A stretch of 55,302 bases of DNA from an uncultured virus (IMG/VR IMGVR_UViG_3300028833_000093) (Duplodnaviria > Heunggongvirae > Uroviricota > Caudoviricetes): IMG/VR virus record IMGVR_UViG_3300028833_000093; one strand, 5' to 3'. Position numbers and translations under genes: made by a program. The notes beneath the pieces were generated by a model. The model was not told the origin of the DNA. It did not search any database and saw nothing but the letters and a program-made list of their open reading frames with translations. This document shows positions 9,975-16,542 of the stretch, in pieces. How positions within the stretch are numbered: the first letter of the stretch is position 1; the number at the start of each line of letters is the position of its first letter.

Positions 9975-10546
9975 AAGATTTAAGTACATATATTATTGAG
10001 AAATTTACTGTCGCCGGGACAGAGTCGAATAAAATTTTGTTATTCGATGTAGATGATACGCTTATTCGTTCTGATGTGAAAGTATATGTGCGTAAAGATG
10101 GAGAGATTGTGAAGAAATTGTCCAGTACTGAGTTTAACACATACCGATTAAAACCCGGTGAGTACTTCGACTATACCGAGTTTACCGATGAGGATCTATT
10201 GAACAAGAAATCCGTGTTCTTGAAATATTGGGACACATTAAAACGTGAATATGCAAAAGGCACCCATATAGGTATTTTGACCGCCAGAAAACGACAAGAT
10301 ATGTTCTATCGTTTCTTTAAAAATAATGGTATTGATATAAAGCAAGAATTAGTGTTCGCTATCAATGATCCAAAATTGAAATTGCATGGTGATACAATTG
10401 AAGAAAGAAAGGCGGAAGTAATTAAGAGATTAGCAAAATGGGGATATGATACAATTGTGTTCTTTGATGATAATGAAGTAAATTTACAGACGGCAAAAAA
10501 ACTTGAGGACAAGTATGATATAAAAATTCATACGGTCAAAGCTTAG
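9971..10546 (+). CDS. HAD-superfamily phosphatase
   Basis: LFDVDDTL, ILTAR, FFDDN motifs. Confidence 0.8.
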   Translation: MKDLSTYIIEKFTVAGTESNKILLFDVDDTLIRSDVKVYVRKDGEIVKKLSSTEFNTYRLKPGEYFDYTEFTDEDLLNKKSVFLKYWDTLKREYAKGTHIGILTARKRQDMFYRFFKNNGIDIKQELVFAINDPKLKLHGDTIEERKAEVIKRLAKWGYDTIVFFDDNEVNLQTAKKLEDKYDIKIHTVKA

Positions 10547-10564
10547 AAAAATAATTTTTTAAGT

Positions 10565-10603
10565 AATTGCTCAAGTTTCAAAATAGAAATTTGAGCAATT
10601 TTT
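10565..10603 (+). terminator. Intrinsic terminator
   Basis: aattgctcaagtttc / gaaatttgagcaatt plus T-tract. Confidence 0.6.
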
Positions 10604-10732
10604 ATTTTAAGCGGGTTTTATTTGATTTCTGTAGATTTATATAGAAAATACTTTTTAGCTCGTTAGACGCAAAGTAAACCGACAAAACGGACATGTTTTT
10701 ATAGACAGTGTATATAAAAGATTTTTGATATG

Positions 10733-10760
10733 TTAATTTTCAAGAAATCTTTGTTATATT
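10733..10760 (+). promoter_or_regulatory. Putative phage promoter TTAATTT-N15-TATATT
   Basis: Motif recurs with identical spacing at about 10 intergenic sites. Confidence 0.65.
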
Positions 10761-10780
10761 ATATTGTAACTAAAAACAAA

Positions 10781-10927
10781 ATGCTTATGAGATGTGTTAT
10801 TTGCTACAATGAAATTAAAGGCTACGGGAACAATGCTGAACCTATAAAATCAGGCTATTGTTGTGATACATGCAATTATTTATACGTATTACCGAAACGA
10901 TTGCAAATGATGAGAGATAGAAAGTAA
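10781..10927 (+). CDS. Small zinc-ribbon protein
   Basis: CVIC...GNNAEP...CCDTCN. Confidence 0.6.
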   Translation: MLMRCVICYNEIKGYGNNAEPIKSGYCCDTCNYLYVLPKRLQMMRDRK

Positions 10928-10934
10928 TGAACAT

Positions 10935-11008
10935 GCCTCGGTAGCTCAGTTGGATAGAGCAACAGCCTTCTAAGCTGTGGGTCCTGCGTTCGAGTCGCAG
11001 CCGGGGTA
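10935..11008 (+). tRNA. tRNA-Arg(TCT)
   Basis: Cloverleaf; acagc-cttctaa-gctgt. Confidence 0.95.
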
Positions 11009-11024
11009 CTAAAATAAAAAGATT

Positions 11025-11321
11025 ATGCCAAACAAAGATTTTTACAAAGCAAGCGATGTACCGAAGTTTCAACAAGATGTTTGTTTGAAAACTTGTATAT
11101 GCAAAGGCAAATGTATTGAAGAAGGTAAAGACAATCATTGGTTTTTAATGTGCCCTCACTACTTCAATTGGAAGTTAGATGTAAAATCATTCGTTATTGA
11201 CCAATTACAATGGGAACACGAACATCCCGAAGAAGCAGAAGCAAAACACAAAGAATTAGTCGAACGTGCAAAAGCATGGAAGGCTTCACAAAAGAAAACA
11301 AAAACGAAAAAGAAAGATTAA
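11025..11321 (+). CDS. Hypothetical Cys-rich protein
   Basis: 98-aa ORF. Confidence 0.6.
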   Translation: MPNKDFYKASDVPKFQQDVCLKTCICKGKCIEEGKDNHWFLMCPHYFNWKLDVKSFVIDQLQWEHEHPEEAEAKHKELVERAKAWKASQKKTKTKKKD

Positions 11322-11352
11322 CATTTTATAGATATTTCTTATGTTGATTTAT

Positions 11353-11520
11353 ATGAAAACAAAAAACATCAACATAGAAATACTGAAACAAGTTAAAAAG
11401 ATGCAACGCGAAGAGGAAATCCGATTACACGGCAAACAAATCTCGTTCCGTCGTCTGATTACTCAAAATAAAAAGAAATATAATCGGAAAAAGTTAGAAA
11501 AAATCTCAACAGACGATTAA
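11353..11520 (+). CDS. Small basic protein (55 aa), possibly ArfA/BrfA-like
   Basis: MKTKNINIEILKQVKKMQREEEIRLHGKQISFRRLITQNKKKYNRKK; not in the ORF track, translated by hand. Confidence 0.55.
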   Translation: MKTKNINIEILKQVKKMQREEEIRLHGKQISFRRLITQNKKKYNRKKLEKISTDD

Positions 11521-11566
11521 ATTTTTCTAAGTATTTCCTATATTATTCTTGTTGCACTTGAAATAC

Positions 11567-11639
11567 TGGGAGATCGTCTAATCGGTTAGGACGCCAGTCC
11601 GATACACTGGTAATCCGGGTTCAAGTCCCGGCCTCCCAA
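11567..11639 (+). tRNA. tRNA-Ile(GAT), atypical (C33)
   Basis: ccagt-ccgatac-actgg; GGTTCAAGTCC T arm. Confidence 0.7.
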
Positions 11640-11798
11640 CAATAAAAATGATCTTTGACATATTGATATAGGCTAAAAAGAAAAATCTTTTGTTCACTGA
11701 AAAAAGACTGTTCTATTTCATAGAACGAAACTTTTTAAGTGAACGAAAAAATAAATATAGCGTAGTGCTTATGTGAAATAATCATTACGCAAAAAAAT

Positions 11799-11884
11799 GG
11801 CGCTGTGGTGGAATTGGTAGACACGAGGGACTTAAAATCCCTTGCTCAGTGATGAGCGTGCCGGTTCGAGTCCGGCCAGCGCTA
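11799..11884 (+). tRNA. tRNA-Leu(TAA)
   Basis: aggga-cttaaaa-tccct, long variable arm. Confidence 0.95.
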
Positions 11885-11910
11885 CATTTTCCAGGTAACA
11901 CTGGAGGTTA

Positions 11911-11986
11911 CAACTTCAAGCTTTGAATGGACGAAGCGCTGGATTTTACCAGTAGATGCGAGGATCGTTACCTCGGGAGTTGGCCA
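11911..11986 (+). ncRNA. tRNA-like RNA with 6-nt anticodon loop and ATCGTTA T-loop
   Basis: caacttc/ggagttg acceptor + G-CCA; gctt/aagc D stem; gctgg-atttta-ccagt; cgagg-atcgtta-cctcg. Confidence 0.6.
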
Positions 11987-11996
11987 TTTATTATTT

Positions 11997-12068
11997 GCCC
12001 TTTTAGTATAACGGTTATTACACATGATTTGTAATCTTGAGATCTCAGTTCGATTCTGGGAGAGGGCT
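11997..12068 (+). tRNA. tRNA-Thr(TGT)
   Basis: catga-tttgtaa-tcttg. Confidence 0.85.
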
Positions 12069-12338
12069 CAACAGTTGAAGGAAAACAACTTTAAAATAAC
12101 CCATTGGCTGATTAGGAATGGGTACAACAGCACAAAGTCTTTGGGTAGTGTGAAGAGACCAAGAGAGATGAAACACTAGACTCTCAATTATATCGGTCAT
12201 AACGTCAATTCCACCGATAATCAAAATGGAATGGTCGCGGCTGAGCGAGAGAAAGCTGGGTTATATTAGAACTCTCATACTAAAGTTCTTTTCGGTACGA
12301 ACTTATCGTTAGTGGATGATTACCACATGTTTTTATAT

Positions 12339-12409
12339 TGTCCTCTCGTATATCGGTAGTACATCAGATTTTGGTTCTGAGGGGCGAGGTTCGACTCCTC
12401 GGAGGACAA
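12339..12409 (+). tRNA. tRNA-Gln(TTG)
   Basis: tcaga-ttttggt-tctga. Confidence 0.93.
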
Positions 12410-12417
12410 CAATTATT

Positions 12418-12489
12418 GGGGAAGTGGCGTAGCGGTAGCGCAGCGGACTGTTAATCCGTAGGTCGTCGGTTCGAATCCGGCCTTCCCCG
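12418..12489 (+). tRNA. tRNA-Asn(GTT)
   Basis: gcgga-ctgttaa-tccgt. Confidence 0.93.
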
Positions 12490-12594
12490 CACCAAAAATA
12501 GGTTCAAGCTGTACATAGGACCTTCTGGTAATTCTTATCAAAGTTTAGACCAGACGCTTGGGAGCTTATAGTCCTGCGATAGTGCGACTAAATC

Positions 12595-12667
12595 GGGCCG
12601 GGTAGTGTAACGGCTAGCACGTCACATTTGCACTGTGACAGAGGGGTTCGAATCCCACCTGTGTCCA
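12595..12667 (+). tRNA. tRNA-Ala(TGC), degenerate acceptor and T stems
   Basis: tcaca-tttgcac-tgtga; mismatched acceptor stem. Confidence 0.55.
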
Positions 12668-12679
12668 CTTTTTAATATC

Positions 12680-12753
12680 GGGGTCGTAGTTCACCTGGCT
12701 AGAACATCTGCTTTGCAAGCAGGAGGTAGTGAGTTCGAGTCTCACCGGCTCCA
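12680..12753 (+). tRNA. tRNA-Ala(TGC)
   Basis: tctgc-tttgcaa-gcagg; G3:U70. Confidence 0.93.
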
Positions 12754-12797
12754 CAATAAAATTTGCGGCTGGAGATTACGCATCAAAGGTCGCTTTC

Positions 12798-12889
12798 GGA
12801 GGTCTAAGCCTAATTGGTAAGGCAGTAGTCTTGAAAACTACTAGTAATCGTGTAAAAGCGGTGTGTCGGTTCGAGTCCGGCGGCCTCCA
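12798..12889 (+). tRNA. tRNA-Ser(TGA)
   Basis: gtagt-cttgaaa-actac, long variable arm. Confidence 0.92.
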
Positions 12890-12987
12890 CTATTCTCAAA
12901 CCTTGTGGGTGCTAGAAAACACCACATGCAGAAAGTAGAAGAATTTGACGTCACTCTTTGAAATTTGGTTCGTCCCTGAGAATATTT

Positions 12988-13062
12988 CGGGTAGTGGTCC
13001 AGTTGGTCTAAGATGCCTGATTTGGGTTCAGGAGGCCGTGAGTTCGAATCTCGCCTACCCGA
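12988..13062 (+). tRNA. tRNA-Pro(TGG)
   Basis: cctga-tttgggt-tcagg. Confidence 0.92.
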
Positions 13063-13132
13063 CAATAAAAAACTCACAGCGGTCTGTCAATGAGAGTTTC
13101 CATACCGGTTAGGAGACAGAGACCGCAGTTTT

Positions 13133-13216
13133 GGGACAGCGGCGAAGTTGGAGAGTCGCAACGGTCTGTAAAACCGTCGCCTTTCGGCTAAGTAGGTTCG
13201 AATCCTACCTGTCCCA
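13133..13216 (+). tRNA. tRNA-Tyr(GTA)
   Basis: acggt-ctgtaaa-accgt, variable arm. Confidence 0.94.
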
Positions 13217-13301
13217 CGATTGCAATTTGAATAGATAATAGGGATCCAGTCTATTCACACAAGAGCTAATATGCAGGCTTAGAAGATTTAGGCTCTTACA
13301 T

Positions 13302-13378
13302 TGGGTCGTATCCCCTCAAGCTTATACCTTGTAGAAAGGGTAGTCGGTTGCACGTGGGTTCAAATCCCTCCGGCCCAA
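13302..13378 (+). ncRNA. Non-canonical tRNA-like RNA (TAT anticodon, no D-arm)
   Basis: tgggtcg/cggccca acceptor; ccct-caag-cttatac-cttg-tagaa-aggg extended arm; GGTTCAAATCC. Confidence 0.65.
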
Positions 13379-13385
13379 CAATTAT

Positions 13386-13466
13386 TGGTTAGTAGTCAAG
13401 TGGCCAACGACAGCAGACTGTTAATCTGCCCCGAAAGGTTCACAGGTTCGAATCCTGTCTAGCCAG
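13386..13466 (+). tRNA. tRNA-Asn(GTT) with long variable arm
   Basis: gcaga-ctgttaa-tctgc; cc-gaaa-gg variable hairpin. Confidence 0.85.
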
Positions 13467-13598
13467 CAAAAAAATGCATCAAAAAGTTAACACATTACGA
13501 TGAGGGCATTTACCTCTGCAGAAGGTTTAATAATCGGAAATGGTACCTGTTTTATTTAGGAGGTCGGTCAGGTCTAACAAAAACGCAATCTCCAATTT

Positions 13599-13729
13599 TG
13601 CGACGTAGCTCAGTTGGTAGAGCACTTAAAACAAATTCAATCGCTTGTTACGCTAAAAGGCTGTTGTATGATTAGAATTTCATCGGTATGTTAAACCAGT
13701 GGTCGTTGGTTCGAGTCCAGCCGTCGCAG
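13599..13729 (+). ncRNA. tRNA-shaped RNA carrying a permuted Y-RNA-like (Ro60-binding-type) stem, copy 1
   Basis: Canonical acceptor, D and T arms; insert aaattc-aatc-gcttgttac-gctaaaaggc-tgttgtat-gatt-a-gaattt-catc then ggt-atgttaa-acc. Confidence 0.75.
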
Positions 13730-13747
13730 CAAATTATGTCTTAGCTT

Positions 13748-13821
13748 GGGCGCCTAGTATAATTGGTTAGTATTCCAGGATCATTTCTTGGCGGTATGAG
13801 GTTCGAATCCCTTGGAGTCCT
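13748..13821 (+). tRNA. Degenerate tRNA(CAT)
   Basis: ccagg-atcattt-cttgg; weak T stem. Confidence 0.5.
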
Positions 13822-13837
13822 TGTTTAAGACATTCAT

Positions 13838-13969
13838 AGAGAGATAGTTTAATTGGTAAAATGCGAACAAGTATATCCAATCGCTTGTTACGCTAAAATG
13901 GCTGTTGTATGATTAGGATTTCATCGTCATTCCAAGACCGTGTTGTTGGTTCGAGTCCAGCTCTCTCTG
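13838..13969 (+). ncRNA. tRNA-shaped RNA carrying a permuted Y-RNA-like stem, copy 2
   Basis: agagaga/tctctct acceptor; ~48-nt core nearly identical to copy 1 with compensatory atcc/ggat; gtc-attccaa-gac. Confidence 0.75.
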
Positions 13970-13997
13970 CAAAATTATTCGATGTTTGATTAAAATT

Positions 13998-14070
13998 GGT
14001 CCGCTAGCTCAATTGGTAGAGCACCGCCCTTTTAAGGCGGGGGTTCCGGGTTCGATCCCCGGGCGGGCCA
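13998..14070 (+). tRNA. tRNA-Lys(TTT)
   Basis: ccgcc-cttttaa-ggcgg. Confidence 0.95.
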
Positions 14071-14072
14071 CT

Positions 14073-14258
14073 CGCGAATTGGTGTAATAAACATAAGAAC
14101 CTACCGGAAAAGTAACTTCGGTTCTGGTCCTGACTATCCGAAATGGTTGTGTAGTGTACAATACATAGCCCGAGTAGGAAACGGGTTGGTAGTGTGTACG
14201 TACACAGCACGGCACCCTGATATGGTGTTAGTTACGTGGAAGTCGTAGTTCGCAACCA
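14073..14258 (+). ncRNA. tRNA-Ile(GAT)-like RNA with ~120-nt structured D-loop insertion
   Basis: cgcgaat/gttcgca + A-CCA; D stem gtgt(14082)/gcac(14207); gcacc-ctgatat-ggtgt; tacg-tggaagt-cgta. Confidence 0.65.
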
Positions 14259-14265
14259 AAAATTT

Positions 14266-14349
14266 GGCTCCGTGGCGGAATTGGTATACGCGGCAGACTC
14301 AAAATCTGCTCCCAGCAATGGGGTGTGGGTTCGAGTCCCACCGGAGCTA
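14266..14349 (+). tRNA. tRNA-Leu(CAA)
   Basis: gcaga-ctcaaaa-tctgc. Confidence 0.95.
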
Positions 14350-14359
14350 CAATTTATAT

Positions 14360-14432
14360 TGGGGTATAGTTCAGTTGGTAGAATGTTGGTCTCCAAAACC
14401 GAAGATCGTGGGTTCGAGTCCTACTGCCCCTG
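14360..14432 (+). tRNA. tRNA-Trp(CCA)
   Basis: ttggt-ctccaaa-accga. Confidence 0.93.
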
Positions 14433-14498
14433 CTAGGAGAAACAACTTATGGCAGAATCTCGTCAGTTATTGTGTACCTTTTAGGCGAGATTGTGTTT

Positions 14499-14570
14499 GC
14501 CCCGATAGTTCAATGGATAGAACGGATGGCTACGGACCATCTGATACGGGTTCGACTCCTGTTCGGGGTA
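14499..14570 (+). tRNA. tRNA-Arg(ACG)
   Basis: gatgg-ctacgga-ccatc. Confidence 0.93.
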
Positions 14571-14595
14571 CAAAAATAAATAAAAAGTAAAATAT

Positions 14596-14799
14596 ATGTT
14601 TAATTTTAAGTTTAGCTCAAAAACAGCAAAAGTTTTATTTTGGGTAGCCGTATCATTGATTCTTGCTGGTGGTGCAACCGCCGTAGCATACAAATGTGTA
14701 AAGACTGATGCAGATCCTGAAATTCCTGTACAAGTTGTAGTTGATACAACAGCAGTTTTGGATGCAGTGGTTCCAGCTGATACATTAGTACTTGAGTAA
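14596..14799 (+). CDS. Small membrane-anchored protein
   Basis: N-terminal hydrophobic helix VLFWVAVSLILAGGATAVAY. Confidence 0.6.
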   Translation: MFNFKFSSKTAKVLFWVAVSLILAGGATAVAYKCVKTDADPEIPVQVVVDTTAVLDAVVPADTLVLE

Positions 14800-14846
14800 T
14801 TGATACAAGGTTTTGAACGTTGTACCCAGTAAACAACGTCCTTTAT

Positions 14847-14922
14847 GGTGTTCGTGGTGGAGCGGTCTAACACGCCAGATTGTGGTTCTGGTATATCGCA
14901 GGTTCGAATCCTGTCGAACACC
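14847..14922 (+). tRNA. tRNA-His(GTG)
   Basis: ccaga-ttgtggt-tctgg; G-1:C73. Confidence 0.93.
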
Positions 14923-14924
14923 CT

Positions 14925-15000
14925 ATCACCGGGTTCGTAATTGAATCTTAGAACCGTATACTAGTTGAGCTCACAGGGTCGGAGCGTTACCGGCGGTGAT
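14925..15000 (+). ncRNA. tRNA-like RNA lacking a proper anticodon arm (AGCGTTA T-loop)
   Basis: atcaccg/cggtgat; ggttc/gaacc; tcgg-agcgtta-ccgg. Confidence 0.45.
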
Positions 15001-15004
15001 ATTT

Positions 15005-15078
15005 ATCCTGGTAGGCAAATAGGAAAAGCCGATAGATTTAGGATCTATTGTTTGTGGGTTCGACTCCCACCTGGGGTA
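15005..15078 (+). tRNA. tRNA-Leu(TAG) with short variable loop
   Basis: ataga-tttagga-tctat; variable region only ~5 nt. Confidence 0.75.
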
Positions 15079-15108
15079 CAATCAAAAAAGTCTATATCAA
15101 TATAAAAT

Positions 15109-15196
15109 GGAGAGTTACCCAAGTTGGTGAAGGGGGCACATTGCTAACGTGCTAGGTCAGGAAACTGGCGCGGGGGTTCGAGTCCCTCACTCTCCG
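15109..15196 (+). tRNA. tRNA-Ser(GCT)
   Basis: gcaca-ttgctaa-cgtgc, long variable arm. Confidence 0.92.
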
Positions 15197-15229
15197 CAGA
15201 AAAAATAACAAAAATTTTTCAAATATAAG

Positions 15230-15257
15230 TTAATTTTTGAAAACCATTTGTTATATT
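15230..15257 (+). promoter_or_regulatory. Putative phage promoter TTAATTT-N15-TATATT
   Basis: Exact motif; followed by boxA-like gatctttgaaaa at 15278. Confidence 0.65.
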
Positions 15258-15292
15258 GATTGTATAATACGAAACATGATCTTTGAAAATAC

Positions 15293-15623
15293 AATATAAA
15301 GACAAGCTATTGTTCATAGATATCCAGGTAGTTGGTAAGGATTGAAGAATAGAACTTCAAACACTTCGCTAATTTGCTTGAAATAGAGCACATGGAATAT
15401 CGAATTGTTACCGGCGTAACATGAACCGGGAGTCGTAAGGAACATAGCCCGAAGTCAACAAAACGAGAGTTTGACGCAATTAAGCACGTCACCGTACGGA
15501 TAGCACAATTGCCTCTCAATAACGCAAACTGGACAAGTGTAACCAGATAGCTGCCGGATATTAGTCTATTCAATGATATCCGTCTCAGAGCACTTCGGCG
15601 AACCTCTAGACTTGTCTTATATT
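15293..15623 (+). ncRNA. Unassigned ~330-nt structured ncRNA
   Basis: Ends pair (atataaagacaag/cttgtcttatat); inner gatatccaggtagtt/agctgccggatatt; no plus-strand ORF. Confidence 0.6.
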
Positions 15624-15626
15624 TTT

Positions 15627-15700
15627 GCCCCTGTAGGCGAATTGGCTAAGCCGTCACCCTTTCACGGTGAAGATTTCGGGTTCGAACCCCGGCGGGGGTA
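15627..15700 (+). tRNA. tRNA-Glu(TTC)
   Basis: tcacc-ctttcac-ggtga. Confidence 0.93.
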
Positions 15701-15786
15701 CAATACTTTGTCAAATGGTGGTACCCACTCAAAGTGCTGGATCTATGGTGTTCATACCAGTATAAATAAGAAGAACATCTCTCTTT

Positions 15787-15861
15787 GGAGACGTAGTGTA
15801 ATGGCTTAACATACCACCCTGTCACGGTGCGCGAGTGCGGGTTCGAGTCCCGTCGTCTCCG
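15787..15861 (+). tRNA. tRNA-Asp(GTC)
   Basis: cacc-ctgtcac-ggtg. Confidence 0.9.
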
Positions 15862-15884
15862 CAAAAAGAACATTGAAATAAATT

Positions 15885-15958
15885 GGGTCTGTCGTCCAGT
15901 GGTTCAGGACGCTTGCCTTACAAGCAAGAGATCGTTGGTTCGAATCCAACCAGACCCA
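15885..15958 (+). tRNA. tRNA-Val(TAC)
   Basis: cttgc-cttacaa-gcaag. Confidence 0.94.
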
Positions 15959-15960
15959 CT

Positions 15961-16060
15961 TGTGGTGGAGTGAAACGGATATTGAGTTTTGTAACTATCA
16001 CTCAGAAATCATTGGAGGCCCATAACCTCCAGATAGTGGGTTCGACTCCCACGGCCGCAA
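15961..16060 (+). tRNA. tRNA-Met(CAT) with extra hairpin in the D-loop
   Basis: ggagg-cccataa-cctcc; tgagt...actca insertion between D-stem strands gtga/tcat. Confidence 0.75.
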
Positions 16061-16174
16061 CTAAATAACTATTATAAATATATAAGACAATGAAACGAAA
16101 ACATCTTAAGCATATTGATTAAAACTTTGATAGCACTGCATTTTATGCTATCAAGGAGTACACAAAAATAAAAA

Positions 16175-16248
16175 GTCCTCGTAGCATAATTGGAACAGTG
16201 CCTCTGACTTTTAATCAGAAGATGTGGGTTCGAGTCCCAACGGGGACA
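16175..16248 (+). tRNA. tRNA-Lys(TTT)
   Basis: tctga-cttttaa-tcaga. Confidence 0.9.
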
Positions 16249-16255
16249 CTAAAAA

Positions 16256-16328
16256 GGTCTTATAGTTCAATTGGTTAGAATATGTGACTCTTAATCATAG
16301 GATCTCGGTTCGAGTCCGGGTGGGACCA
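16256..16328 (+). tRNA. tRNA-Lys(CTT)
   Basis: tgtga-ctcttaa-tcata. Confidence 0.9.
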
Positions 16329-16358
16329 CAAAAAATGAACATTGAAATAATTAAATAT

Positions 16359-16433
16359 GGAGCGGTAGCGCAGTTGGTCAGTTCGCGGCGGACTGAAAAT
16401 CCGTAGATGGTGGTTCGATTCCACCCCGCTCCA
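16359..16433 (+). tRNA. tRNA-Phe(GAA)
   Basis: gcgga-ctgaaaa-tccgt. Confidence 0.92.
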
Positions 16434-16542
16434 CGTGAAAAGCTGTAGAGTATGATTTGACAGTAGTCCTCTTAATTCAGCAACCTTGTTAGTACTGCAG
16501 TATTAAGAAAACACTAATAAGGACAAAAGGAAACTGGTTATT

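Noticed and set aside
13625..13700. Group I intron in the anticodon loop
   Set aside because: Insert is only ~70 nt, has no P/Q/R/S core, and removing it does not restore a 5-bp anticodon stem.
15293..15623. tmRNA or RNase P RNA
   Set aside because: No tRNA-Ala-like ends or T-arm/CCA, and no GAGGAAAGUCC / AGAACCCGGCUUA-type P4 motifs.
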